This document shows, one piece after another, positions 20,048 to 28,580 of a stretch of 64,000 bases of DNA. Position numbers and translations under genes: made by a program. Source of the DNA: Patescibacteria group bacterium. GTDB lineage: Bacteria; Patescibacteriota; Minisyncoccia; Phycocordibacterales; CAIRYW01. The notes beneath the pieces were generated by a model that was not told the DNA's origin, made no database searches, and saw nothing but the letters and a program-made list of their open reading frames with translations. The stretch spans positions 2,914 to 66,913 of the forward strand of contig JAZKAJ010000006.1 in assembly GCA_040389185.1 (NCBI GenBank), written 5' to 3'. How positions within the stretch are numbered: the stretch's first letter is position 1; each line of letters starts with the position of its first letter.

Positions 20048-21135
20048 AGCACTTTCTTTAACTCAATAATAGTATTTTCAAAGGAAAACTTCTTTGATCG
20101 AAGTATCGCATTTGCCGATAGTCGTTCCATCATCGCCCTATCGCTTCGAAGCTTATTTATGAGAGGTATCATGCCATAAGGTTCGGTACTCTTAAACAAA
20201 AGTCCCGATACACCGTCTTCAACTATTTCCTTCAGACTTCCAGAATCTGCCGATACGATCACACATCCCAAAGCCATAGCTTCCACCACCTGAAAAGAGA
20301 AGCTCTCAAATCCAGAATTTAAGACAAAAATATCTGATTCAGACATGAGGGATAGAAGCTTTTCGCGTGGAAGTCGCCCTGTGATATTTACAGCATGCTC
20401 AAGTCCGAGTTTCCCTGAGAGATCTTCTAATTCATTTTTGCATGGGCCGTCACCGACGATAATAAGCTTCGCGTTTAAAATATTCTTTCTGACCTCGGCA
20501 AATGCATTTATAAGTTCGCCAAATCCTTTCCATGGAACAAGCCTTCCTGCACTGATTAAAACAAAATCATTGTTTGAGTTATTTTTTTTTCTTTCTATAT
20601 TTATTTTCTCGATCCCGTTGTAGATCACGTGTAGTCTTTCTTCTTTAACTCCCCATTTAGACACTACGGTCTTAAAGTAATGACTCGGCACTATCACAAT
20701 ATCCGAATACTTTGCAACAAAAAATTGTACTCTTCTTATGAATCCGAGCATTCCACCAGATTTAGTATCTTGAAAATGATCAATATCTTCTTTGACACCA
20801 AATCGCTGAACTCCTTGCTCCCAGGCATAATCCCCAGGCACGCGAAGTATCATTTTCTTTCGAAGAATCTTTGAGACCATGAGTGCAGGCAAACCAACGC
20901 TTACTGTATCCTGAATAAACAAAACATCAACACCAAATCCTAATAAAAAAAGTTTAGTAAAATAAATAGAGTGTCTCAATACTTTTGGATACTTTCTGAC
21001 AACATCAAAAGAGAGCACTTTTACATCGAAGCCTTCTTGCGGGAGCAGATCATTTAGAAGTTTGGCATAGGTAGCAGGCCCTCCAATTGAAGGCGGGTAA
21101 ATTCCTGTAGCGATGAGAATTCTTTTAGTAGTCAT
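20044..21135 (-). CDS. Glycosyltransferase family 4
   Basis: ATGIYPPSIGGPATY, AGRLVPWKG and ESFSFQVVEAMALG motifs. Confidence 0.9.
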   Translation of the reverse strand: MTTKRILIATGIYPPSIGGPATYAKLLNDLLPQEGFDVKVLSFDVVRKYPKVLRHSIYFTKLFLLGFGVDVLFIQDTVSVGLPALMVSKILRKKMILRVPGDYAWEQGVQRFGVKEDIDHFQDTKSGGMLGFIRRVQFFVAKYSDIVIVPSHYFKTVVSKWGVKEERLHVIYNGIEKINIERKKNNSNNDFVLISAGRLVPWKGFGELINAFAEVRKNILNAKLIIVGDGPCKNELEDLSGKLGLEHAVNITGRLPREKLLSLMSESDIFVLNSGFESFSFQVVEAMALGCVIVSADSGSLKEIVEDGVSGLLFKSTEPYGMIPLINKLRSDRAMMERLSANAILRSKKFSFENTIIELKKVL

Positions 21136-21172
21136 AAAGTCAAAAGTCTTAAAGTCTTAAAGTCGAAAGTTA
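21136..21172. repeat. Tandem AAAGTC(N1-2) array; left arm of the inverted repeat around the four-helix-bundle gene
   Basis: aaagtca-aaagtctt-aaagtctt-aaagtcg-aaagtta fills the whole intergenic space. Confidence 0.9.
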
Positions 21173-21517
21173 TCTGATTTTTTTAATAAATCCTTGAATC
21201 ATCCTAGAAATTTCAATTGATGATTCATACATTCGAGTAAACTCAGATTGATTGATATATTTAAATTCTAAAGCCAAATAAAGCATTGATCTAACTTCTC
21301 CACACGAACCCTTTGAAATATAAAGAAATCTTGCAAATTCTTTATCGCCCATTCTTTCGTAGCCTTCGGCAATATTATTCATAATAGAGACAGAGGCAGA
21401 CTGAATCTGATCTCGAAAACGAAAGTCATTCAATTTACCAAATAATTTATAGACCAAAATTGTTAATTCTTTTGCTTTTTGCCAAATTAAAATATCTTCA
21501 AACTTTTCTATTTTCAT
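21170..21517 (-). CDS. Four-helix-bundle protein (23S rRNA IVP / TIGR02436 / Avd-like family)
   Basis: FEDILIWQKAKEL, DQIQSASVSIMNNIAEGYER and FLYISKGSCGEVRSML motifs. Confidence 0.9.
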   Translation of the reverse strand: MKIEKFEDILIWQKAKELTILVYKLFGKLNDFRFRDQIQSASVSIMNNIAEGYERMGDKEFARFLYISKGSCGEVRSMLYLALEFKYINQSEFTRMYESSIEISRMIQGFIKKIR

Positions 21518-21528
21518 ATTTGCATTTT

Positions 21529-21560
21529 ACTTGTGACTTTCGACTTTAAGACTTTTGACT
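21529..21560. repeat. Tandem GACTTT array; right arm, reverse complement of 21136-21172
   Basis: 21536-21555 (actttcgactttaagacttt) is the exact reverse complement of 21151-21170. The array overlaps the murC stop codon. Confidence 0.9.
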
Positions 21561-22859
21561 AATAAGTATCTCTGCCAATTCCCCGATCGTTCCCGCTCCC
21601 ATTGTTATCACGACATCATTTTCATTTGTAGTCTCATTTAGTTTTTGGGCAATATCTTTAAATTCTGCAATATAAAAAGCGTTTGGGTTATTTTTCTTGA
21701 TCGTATCGATCATAAGTCCACTTGAAATAGATCCATCAAACTTTTCTCTGGCGGCGTAGATATCTGTGAGATACACAGTATCAAATTTTGACAATACGGC
21801 CGCAAAATCATCAAAATGTTCTTTTGTTCTCGAGTAAAGATGGGGTTCGAAAACAACAGTTAGTTTCTTACCAGGAAATGCCTCTCGAGCACCATTCAGA
21901 GTTGCCATTATTTCATGCGGATGATGTGCATAATCGTCATAAACGAGTGCTTTGGTCCCCATGTTTCCTTTGTACTCAAAACGTCTCCAAGTGCCTCCAA
22001 AGGTCTTTAAAGCCTCTTTCGCATCGTCTAATTTGATACCTAGATACGATGAGACCGCGAGCGCTACAGAAGCATTTTGTTTGTTATGGAGCCCAGGCAC
22101 CTTTAGACCCAAACTTACATCTAGAAACGCGCGCGAATCTATCACTTTTCTATGACATCCCTCAACTGCTCTCTGTGAATTCTCATCGAGCATATCAGCG
22201 ATCACAATTCCATTCTCCGGCAGTTTAGCGATAAATTCCTTAAATGAAGAAATAATATTTTCAATATTTCCATAAAAATCGAGATGGTCTGCGTCAATAT
22301 TTGTAATACAAATGACAGTTGGATTAATATTCAAAAAAGATTTTTTATACTCGCAAGATTCTGCAACCAAATAATCACTTGTTCCTGGAATGTAATTTGT
22401 TTTTTCTACCACTCCATCATGTTCGTATTTCATAAGAGAACCGACAATTACAAATGGAGAGAGTCCGAGCTTAATCATCATGTGAGCAATCATCGCGGTT
22501 GTTGTAGTCTTACCATGTGTTCCACAGATTGCGATTGTTTTCTTACTTTTTGAAACCTCTCCTAACATTGCCGCATAACTTAAAACTGGGAGTCCGAGTT
22601 CTCGAGCTTTTACAAGTTCAATATTATTTTCTGGTGTGGCGAGCGTATAGACTACCGCATCAATATCGGTCGTTATATGTGATTCATGATAGCCTTCAAA
22701 TGTTGGCACACCTGCTTTAACAAGCCCTTCACGATTAGAAAATCCTGTGTCACTTCCCGACACATCTTTACCGTCATGCTTAAAAAGCAGCGCAAGCGCC
22801 GACATCCCAATGCCACCAATGCCAAGAAAGTAGACCTTTTTTATATTACCTATATCCAT
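21546..22859 (-). CDS. murC: UDP-N-acetylmuramate--L-alanine ligase
   Basis: GIGGIGMSALA, GTHGKTTTT, DADHLD, RRFE, DDYAHHPHE, FEPHLYSRT and MGAG motifs. Start set at ATG 22859 (MDIGNIKK). Confidence 0.92.
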   Translation of the reverse strand: MDIGNIKKVYFLGIGGIGMSALALLFKHDGKDVSGSDTGFSNREGLVKAGVPTFEGYHESHITTDIDAVVYTLATPENNIELVKARELGLPVLSYAAMLGEVSKSKKTIAICGTHGKTTTTAMIAHMMIKLGLSPFVIVGSLMKYEHDGVVEKTNYIPGTSDYLVAESCEYKKSFLNINPTVICITNIDADHLDFYGNIENIISSFKEFIAKLPENGIVIADMLDENSQRAVEGCHRKVIDSRAFLDVSLGLKVPGLHNKQNASVALAVSSYLGIKLDDAKEALKTFGGTWRRFEYKGNMGTKALVYDDYAHHPHEIMATLNGAREAFPGKKLTVVFEPHLYSRTKEHFDDFAAVLSKFDTVYLTDIYAAREKFDGSISSGLMIDTIKKNNPNAFYIAEFKDIAQKLNETTNENDVVITMGAGTIGELAEILISQKS

Positions 22860-22888
22860 TTGAGTAATATAATACCACAAAACTGGAG

Positions 22889-23431
22889 TTAAATAGACCT
22901 GATTTTCTTCACAAATTCTCCAAAACCTTTGATTTGTTTTTCAAGTCTCACCTTTTCTTTTTCTCCTGTGAAATTATCTTTTTCATCAAAAAGATTCACG
23001 ATACTCCCGAGCATTACCTTTTGATTGAAAATATACCCTTCCTTGTAGGTGATAATGTCCTCAAGATGCCCTGACGCACGAATCCCTGACCACATTCCAG
23101 CCGAGACAGATGTAATAGCAAAGCATCTATTCTGAAAGGCTTCAGGAAATGGCAAAAGATCAATAAAAAACTTCAATACTCCTGGTACTCCACCGTTGTA
23201 TTCAGGAGTCACAAAGTGAACTCCATCAGCTTTAAGAATTCTGTCTGCAAAACTTTGTATTGGGAGCGGTCGAGCGTTTATCGAGTCTCCAGAAAACGCC
23301 TCAAGAGGTATATCTTTGAGATCAATGAGTCCCACTTCAATTCCTGCCATCTTATACATTTCAAATATCATCATCCCCACTTTCCTTGAATACGCCCCCG
23401 GTCGTGATGTTCCAATTATTATTTCGATCAT
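22889..23431 (-). CDS. NADPH-dependent FMN reductase (flavodoxin fold)
   Basis: GTSRPGAYS and VTPEYNGGVPGVLKFFID motifs. Confidence 0.85.
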   Translation of the reverse strand: MIEIIIGTSRPGAYSRKVGMMIFEMYKMAGIEVGLIDLKDIPLEAFSGDSINARPLPIQSFADRILKADGVHFVTPEYNGGVPGVLKFFIDLLPFPEAFQNRCFAITSVSAGMWSGIRASGHLEDIITYKEGYIFNQKVMLGSIVNLFDEKDNFTGEKEKVRLEKQIKGFGEFVKKIRSI

Positions 23432-23435
23432 TTTT

Positions 23436-23475
23436 GATTAGATTTATGATTAAAGATTTATGATTTATGAATAAA
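23436..23475. repeat. Intergenic 7-nt tandem repeat (GATTTAT)
   Basis: gatta-gatttat-gattaaa-gatttat-gatttat-gaataaa. Confidence 0.75.
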
Positions 23476-23484
23476 ACAAAAATC

Positions 23485-23991
23485 CTATTTGATAAATTGA
23501 TAATGTAATCTTACAATTCCTTCAGTTAATTTTTTGACTTCAATTAAATCTAATCTTGAATGGATATCAATATCTCCAAACAATTTTATACCTTTTCCAA
23601 ATACCTGAGGCTCAATATCAATATACACTTCATCTATCAAATTCTGTTCCAAAAATGCAGTATTCAAAGTAGAGCCTCCACCAATAACCATTTCACTCAT
23701 TCCTTTATTGCCACAAATCTCTACAGCTTCTTTTGGTGATGAAACAAAAACAGTATTTTGAGTATTGTCTAATGGAGTTTTTGTAACAACAATAGTAAAT
23801 GGATTCTCGAGTTTCTCAAATTCATTCACCTCTTTCATCATTTCATAAGTAGTTCGTCCCAGTACAATATTTTTTCTTTCTTTTATGAAATCATAATATC
23901 CCTTCCATACAGTATCTGACCAAGGAGCTTCGTTATTTTCCTTAGCAATGTAGCCATTGAGTGTCATCGCCATAAATAATATTACTTTCAT
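23485..23991 (-). CDS. Dihydrofolate reductase-like / RibD C-terminal domain protein
   Basis: MAMTLNGYIA, LGRTTYE, GGGSTLN and LIDEVYIDIEPQVFGKGIKLF motifs. Confidence 0.8.
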   Translation of the reverse strand: MKVILFMAMTLNGYIAKENNEAPWSDTVWKGYYDFIKERKNIVLGRTTYEMMKEVNEFEKLENPFTIVVTKTPLDNTQNTVFVSSPKEAVEICGNKGMSEMVIGGGSTLNTAFLEQNLIDEVYIDIEPQVFGKGIKLFGDIDIHSRLDLIEVKKLTEGIVRLHYQFIK

Positions 23992-23992
23992 A

Positions 23993-25348
23993 TTATTTTA
24001 TTTCGTTAATTATTTTCATAAATTCATCATTTCTCACGTATTCATTTTTAAATAATCCAAAGGAAGCAAATGCGGGGCTGAAGAGGATTACATCGCCTGG
24101 TCGCGCTTCCTGCATAGCTTTTGTGATTGCTTCAAACAGGTTCTGCACAGGTACGACTGGAGCTGTTAACTGTAAGCTGTTAGCAGTTAGCTTTTCTGAT
24201 CCGGAGCCTGGGAGAAGGATGACAGTTTTGCAAGTTTTGTTTATTTTTTCCACAAGCTCATCTAATTCTAGTCCTTTGTCGCTTCCGCCCGCAATAAGAA
24301 TTATATTTCGGATTTCGGATTTCGGATTTAGTGCTTCCAAAGCGACTTCGGTCGCCTTTGGTGTTGTGGCATTATTATCATTATAAATTTTGACGCCATT
24401 TATTTCTTTTACAAACTGAAGTCTCCCTTCTACCCCATCAAACGTCTCTACCCCTTTTTTTATATCTTCAACACCAATTCCAAGTGCCCGGCAAGCTTCG
24501 ATAGCACAAGCAATATTTGAAATATTATGTTCTCCAATTATTTTTGGTTTCCAATCAGTTGGTACTTCCGACTTTCGTGCAATCACCATTTCCCCTTCGC
24601 CATGAGGTTTTGAAGCAATAACATTTGATATTGTTTCCCCGGCCACTAGAGTATCACCATGCTTTTGGTATAAATAAATATTTGCTTTGTCTGCAAAATA
24701 TCTTTCATGTCCTGACATCTCAGCGGTCGATTTGTAGTAGTTGGTATGGTCGTGCATAAATGCAGTAAAGACCGCAATATTTGGAGAGATCTTTGCATCT
24801 CCAAATCCCTGAAGCTGCCAGCTATCGAGCTCAAGTACGACGATTTCATCACCTATTATATCTTTAATGAATGGAAGGGTTGCCATATCACGAACATTTC
24901 CTCCAAGAATTGTTTTTTTACCGACACCTTTTAAAATATGATTGATGAGATGAGTTACAGTTGATTTGCCACGAGTTCCTGTCACTCCTACAATTACAAC
25001 TTCTTTTGGAAGAAGCTTACAAAAGAGTGATGAATCCATTTCGATCTGAATATTATTCTTTCTTGCTTCTTCTATATATATTGAATCGAGTGGCACTCCT
25101 GCACCTTTTAAAATAAAATCCCTATTATTGAAATCTTCAATAATATGCCCTCCAAGATGAAGCACAATGTTAGAATATCCTCTGAGCTTTTCTACAGAAG
25201 TCGTAAGCTCTTCTTCAGTCTTAAGATCCGTCACAATAAGTTCTGCTCCACATTCAGCTAAGAAAATAGCGTCTCCAAGTCCACGACCTAAGAGCCCTAG
25301 TCCTAATTGAGTTATTTTTTTACCTTTGAAATAGTCTTTATAATTCAT
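23993..25348 (-). CDS. murD: UDP-N-acetylmuramoyl-L-alanine--D-glutamate ligase
   Basis: GVTGTRGKST, LELDSWQL, GVEGRLQ, YNDNNATTP, IAGGSDKG and FSPAFASFGLFKNEYVR motifs. Confidence 0.92.
   Translation of the reverse strand: MNYKDYFKGKKITQLGLGLLGRGLGDAIFLAECGAELIVTDLKTEEELTTSVEKLRGYSNIVLHLGGHIIEDFNNRDFILKGAGVPLDSIYIEEARKNNIQIEMDSSLFCKLLPKEVVIVGVTGTRGKSTVTHLINHILKGVGKKTILGGNVRDMATLPFIKDIIGDEIVVLELDSWQLQGFGDAKISPNIAVFTAFMHDHTNYYKSTAEMSGHERYFADKANIYLYQKHGDTLVAGETISNVIASKPHGEGEMVIARKSEVPTDWKPKIIGEHNISNIACAIEACRALGIGVEDIKKGVETFDGVEGRLQFVKEINGVKIYNDNNATTPKATEVALEALNPKSEIRNIILIAGGSDKGLELDELVEKINKTCKTVILLPGSGSEKLTANSLQLTAPVVPVQNLFEAITKAMQEARPGDVILFSPAFASFGLFKNEYVRNDEFMKIINEIK
24161..24195. repeat. 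In-frame 7-nt periodic repeat inside murD
   Basis: agctgtt-aactgta-agctgtt-agcagtt-agctttt, encoding KLTANSLQLTA. Confidence 0.7.
24305..24329. repeat. In-frame (ATTTCGG)3 repeat inside murD
   Basis: atttcgg x3 plus attt, encoding NPKSEIRN. Confidence 0.8.
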
Positions 25349-25351
25349 GAT

Positions 25352-26587
25352 TTAAATATTATTAAAAATTTTCTTCATTTCTTCTGCAATCATAGGCCAA
25401 TCATATTTCTCTTTGACCATTTCAAATGACTGTCGTTTTATTTTTGACACAAGCTCTGGATTCCGAACAAGCTCAAGTACAGCAGAGGCAACACTTTGTG
25501 GATCACGGACATTTGCAAATATTCCCGTCTCACGATCACGAAGGAAATCAAGAATCCCTCCGACAGGAGTTGTGACACATGGAAGTCCACAAGCCATTGC
25601 TTCGACAAAAGAATTACCAAACCCTTCTGAGATAGGTACACGAATGAATATGTCAGAAGCTTTGAGATACTTTGGCATATCATTATGTGTTAGCCAGCCT
25701 AAGAATTGAATTCTATTCTCTACCCTAAGCATTACAGAGAGCTTTCGGATCGAATCTTCAAGATATCCTCTTCCTCCGATAATGAGTTTAATATTCTCTG
25801 GCAAAAGAGGCATCGCTTTGACGATATCTTCAACGGCGTTCTTTGTGACGAGGCGTGATGTAGTGATGAGAAATATATCTCCCCGCCTGCCGTCGCCTGC
25901 TGGCTCGGTCGATGGCGGGCAGGCTTCTTTTTTATTTAGTTTATTTTTTACTTCATTAATCTCACTTTCAGAATATTCTCGTGTGAAATGTTTGATATCA
26001 ACTGCATTTGGCACGACAACCACAGGACACCTTGCACCCATATCAACTCCAAAGTCCGCAAGATATTTTGAAATAGCTTGGATTGTATCCGCATGAGTAA
26101 ATATCATCTTAAACAAAGGCCAAAGCGGTCTAGCGCGTCGTTTAATAAATGGAATTGGATCACCTTCTTGAAGTGTGAGGAGGAATTTTATTTTAGGATT
26201 TAAGAGTTTAAAAAAGAGTGCAGCAAAAGAATTGTATGTCGCCATCATACTCCATACTACATCATATTTATGTTTTCTTTGGAGTTTCATCGCTTGCCAG
26301 AACCCTGTCACAAGCATCGCATATTTATTGAGATGGAGCGATTTTGGAAGTGAATCTGGAGACACATTGTCATCACTCGTCCACCCTACTCGATATACAG
26401 TCACATTACCTATTCTCTCTACCTTTGGGAGATGTGAATCGAGGTGAAGAGTTACCATATCAAACTCAAAATCCCGCCCTAGACGATCGGTTATTTCTTT
26501 GATTGCCACCTCTGCTCCACCTATAAAATTTGGGTAATAAACAAGAGAAAATATAAGTATTCGCTTCTTATTATGCTGAGTGTCCAT
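25352..26587 (-). CDS. Glycosyltransferase family 4 carrying an in-frame GC-rich palindromic insertion
   Basis: IGGAEVAIKE, TSRLVTKN and SEGFGNSFVEAMACG motifs. The segment ACPPSTEPAGDGRR looks inserted. Confidence 0.88.
   Translation of the reverse strand: MDTQHNKKRILIFSLVYYPNFIGGAEVAIKEITDRLGRDFEFDMVTLHLDSHLPKVERIGNVTVYRVGWTSDDNVSPDSLPKSLHLNKYAMLVTGFWQAMKLQRKHKYDVVWSMMATYNSFAALFFKLLNPKIKFLLTLQEGDPIPFIKRRARPLWPLFKMIFTHADTIQAISKYLADFGVDMGARCPVVVVPNAVDIKHFTREYSESEINEVKNKLNKKEACPPSTEPAGDGRRGDIFLITTSRLVTKNAVEDIVKAMPLLPENIKLIIGGRGYLEDSIRKLSVMLRVENRIQFLGWLTHNDMPKYLKASDIFIRVPISEGFGNSFVEAMACGLPCVTTPVGGILDFLRDRETGIFANVRDPQSVASAVLELVRNPELVSKIKRQSFEMVKEKYDWPMIAEEMKKIFNNI
25881..25925. repeat. GC-rich imperfect palindrome (REP/RPE-like) within the GT4
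   Basis: ccccgcctgccgtcg...cgatggcgggcaggc forms a stem of about 15 bp with G-U pairs and stands out in an AT-rich gene. Confidence 0.65.
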
Positions 26588-26622
26588 TCGAAGATTATCT
26601 CATAAAATGGCCTAATTTGAAA

Positions 26623-26754
26623 TTAGAGTATTTCGGAGATTTCGTATTCATCTGCATCATTTTGGGCCTCAATTTTAGAGCCTTTATTTATATTTAAAAA
26701 AGCCACGGCTCCCACTCCTCCTACGATAATTATAAGAATGAGAAGGAAAATCAT
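26623..26754 (-). CDS. Small single-TM protein (43 aa)
   Basis: My translation: MIFLLILIIIVGGVGAVAFLNINKGSKIEAQNDADEYEISEIL*. It fills the gap co-directionally and is below the ORF-track cutoff. Confidence 0.5.
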   Translation of the reverse strand: MIFLLILIIIVGGVGAVAFLNINKGSKIEAQNDADEYEISEIL

Positions 26755-26771
26755 AGCTAAACTAGAAGTTA

Positions 26772-28541
26772 TTATTGAATTTCAAGAATTCTCTTCAAAA
26801 TATCTTCTGGCACTTCCTTTTTTTCTTCCTGCTTTATTTCGGGTTTGATAGGTTCTTTTCTTTCTGGAGCTTTTTCTTGTACTGGAGAATGTCGCACTTC
26901 AACTGATCTAGGTTCACTTTTTGGGGCACTTTCAATATCATCTGATGATACAACAGATGCAAGAGCACTTCTGAGTTCTGCTAAATGTTCTTCAGAAGGT
27001 AATTTCTTTTCTTTAGGTTTTTGATTGGTTTGCCTGAGATAGCTAAGCGACACTGCTTTTCGAAGATCTCGCTCCCTATCATATGCCGGATCTCTTTTTT
27101 GTTCAGTGGGTTGTGAAGATGGTTGTACTGGTTTTGGTGCCGGAGCTTTGCCTAATACTGCTGCAAGCGCTTGATCTATTGGACTTGGTCGAGAACCAAA
27201 TTTTTTGTTACGATCGTCTCTTCGATTTTCTGAGGCAGAGATCTGAGCTTCTTCGTGCCAAGCTTTGATCTCATTTTCAACATCAGCACGAGGACGAGCA
27301 AATGTTTTTCGTGATTCAGCAATTATTTCTTCACGCATATTGTGCTCTGGCTTTGCGAGCGGAGGAAGTGTTGTAGCAGAGAAAGGTCGTGATGATACAC
27401 CATCGATCATAAGCTTTAGATAAATCTGTGCAAATCCAAGAGATACTAAGTCTTGCGCTGTAAAATAAGGTCCATACTCTTTTTCTAGAAATTCAGCATC
27501 AAAAGCACCGACTCGAAACGTAATCATTGTTCCGACGTTACCAAATACCGCAGCACGTACCTCTTCAGTCATCTGTTCGATATATTGATGTGCTACAGTC
27601 AGGTTCAATTTATATTTTCGAGCTTCAGAAAGAATATCTGCAAAAGATTCATTGGCAAAGTTCTGGAACTCATCTACATAAAGATAAAAGTTTGGAAGTG
27701 CATCAAGTTCAGCCTCTCTTTTGTCTGCGCGACTCATTGCTGCAAGATAAATCTTGGTGATGAGCATTGCTCCTAAAAGGTTTGCATTCGCTTCTCCCAC
27801 AAGACCTTTGGAAAGGTTCATGATAAGGATTTTCTTCCCGTCCATCATTTCTCGGATATCAAAAGTAGACTTTGGCTGGCCTATAATATTTCGAATCAAT
27901 GGATTAGAAATGAACTGACCAATCTTATTTTGAATTGATGCACCCGCTTCCTGCATATACTTTGGACCATACTTCGCAAACTCGTCCACCCAAAAAGACC
28001 TAACCGACGGATCAGTAATGTGTTCAATCACTTTTTTACGATAGTCTTCATCAGCTAAAATTCTATTTACACCAATCAGTGTTGAATCTGGATACTCGAG
28101 AAGTGCCAAGAGAATATTATTCAAAATATATTCCATTCTAGCGCTCCATGCATCCACCCAGATCTTTTTGAAAGCAGACATGAGTCCGTTTGCAACGAGA
28201 TGTCTCTTGTCAGGCCCTACATCTTCAAGCACATTGAAAGAGATCGGGTTATCGAGATCAAATGGCGCAAAATAAAGAACATCCTTCATTCGCGATTCAG
28301 GAACATATTCCAAAAGAAGATCGGCGGTCTTGCCGTGAGGATCGAGAAATGCCAGACCTCTTCCATCTTGGATATCTTGAACTGCGAGATTTTCGAGTAG
28401 AGTTGATTTACCCATACCAGTCTTACCAATGACGTAGGTATGGCGAGAACGATCTTTAATTTTGATACCAAAACGAAGTTTGCGATTGCGCGCATCTGTT
28501 TCGGCAAAATATACAACTTTGTTAGGATCTTCAGGATTCAT
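26772..28541 (-). CDS. VirD4/TraG-like type IV secretion coupling ATPase (HerA/DUF87-like), CPR type
   Basis: Walker A GKTGMGKS, DPHG, Walker B LYVDEFQNF, LSEARKYKL...AHQY and GNVGT. Low-complexity C-terminal tail. Confidence 0.8.
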   Translation of the reverse strand: MNPEDPNKVVYFAETDARNRKLRFGIKIKDRSRHTYVIGKTGMGKSTLLENLAVQDIQDGRGLAFLDPHGKTADLLLEYVPESRMKDVLYFAPFDLDNPISFNVLEDVGPDKRHLVANGLMSAFKKIWVDAWSARMEYILNNILLALLEYPDSTLIGVNRILADEDYRKKVIEHITDPSVRSFWVDEFAKYGPKYMQEAGASIQNKIGQFISNPLIRNIIGQPKSTFDIREMMDGKKILIMNLSKGLVGEANANLLGAMLITKIYLAAMSRADKREAELDALPNFYLYVDEFQNFANESFADILSEARKYKLNLTVAHQYIEQMTEEVRAAVFGNVGTMITFRVGAFDAEFLEKEYGPYFTAQDLVSLGFAQIYLKLMIDGVSSRPFSATTLPPLAKPEHNMREEIIAESRKTFARPRADVENEIKAWHEEAQISASENRRDDRNKKFGSRPSPIDQALAAVLGKAPAPKPVQPSSQPTEQKRDPAYDRERDLRKAVSLSYLRQTNQKPKEKKLPSEEHLAELRSALASVVSSDDIESAPKSEPRSVEVRHSPVQEKAPERKEPIKPEIKQEEKKEVPEDILKRILEIQ

Positions 28542-28580
28542 ATCATAGATATTATACCCTAAAATTTTGCTAAGATGAAA

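Noticed and set aside
21170-21517. Diversity-generating retroelement (Avd homologue) or rRNA intervening sequence
   Set aside because: No reverse transcriptase, no TR/VR pair and no rRNA sequence are seen. The gene lies between murC and a GT4.
21136-24329. CRISPR array
   Set aside because: Repeat units are 7-8 nt with no unique spacers, and no cas genes are present.
26772-28541. Conjugative element/ICE
   Set aside because: No relaxase, VirB4, integrase or att-like repeats were seen.
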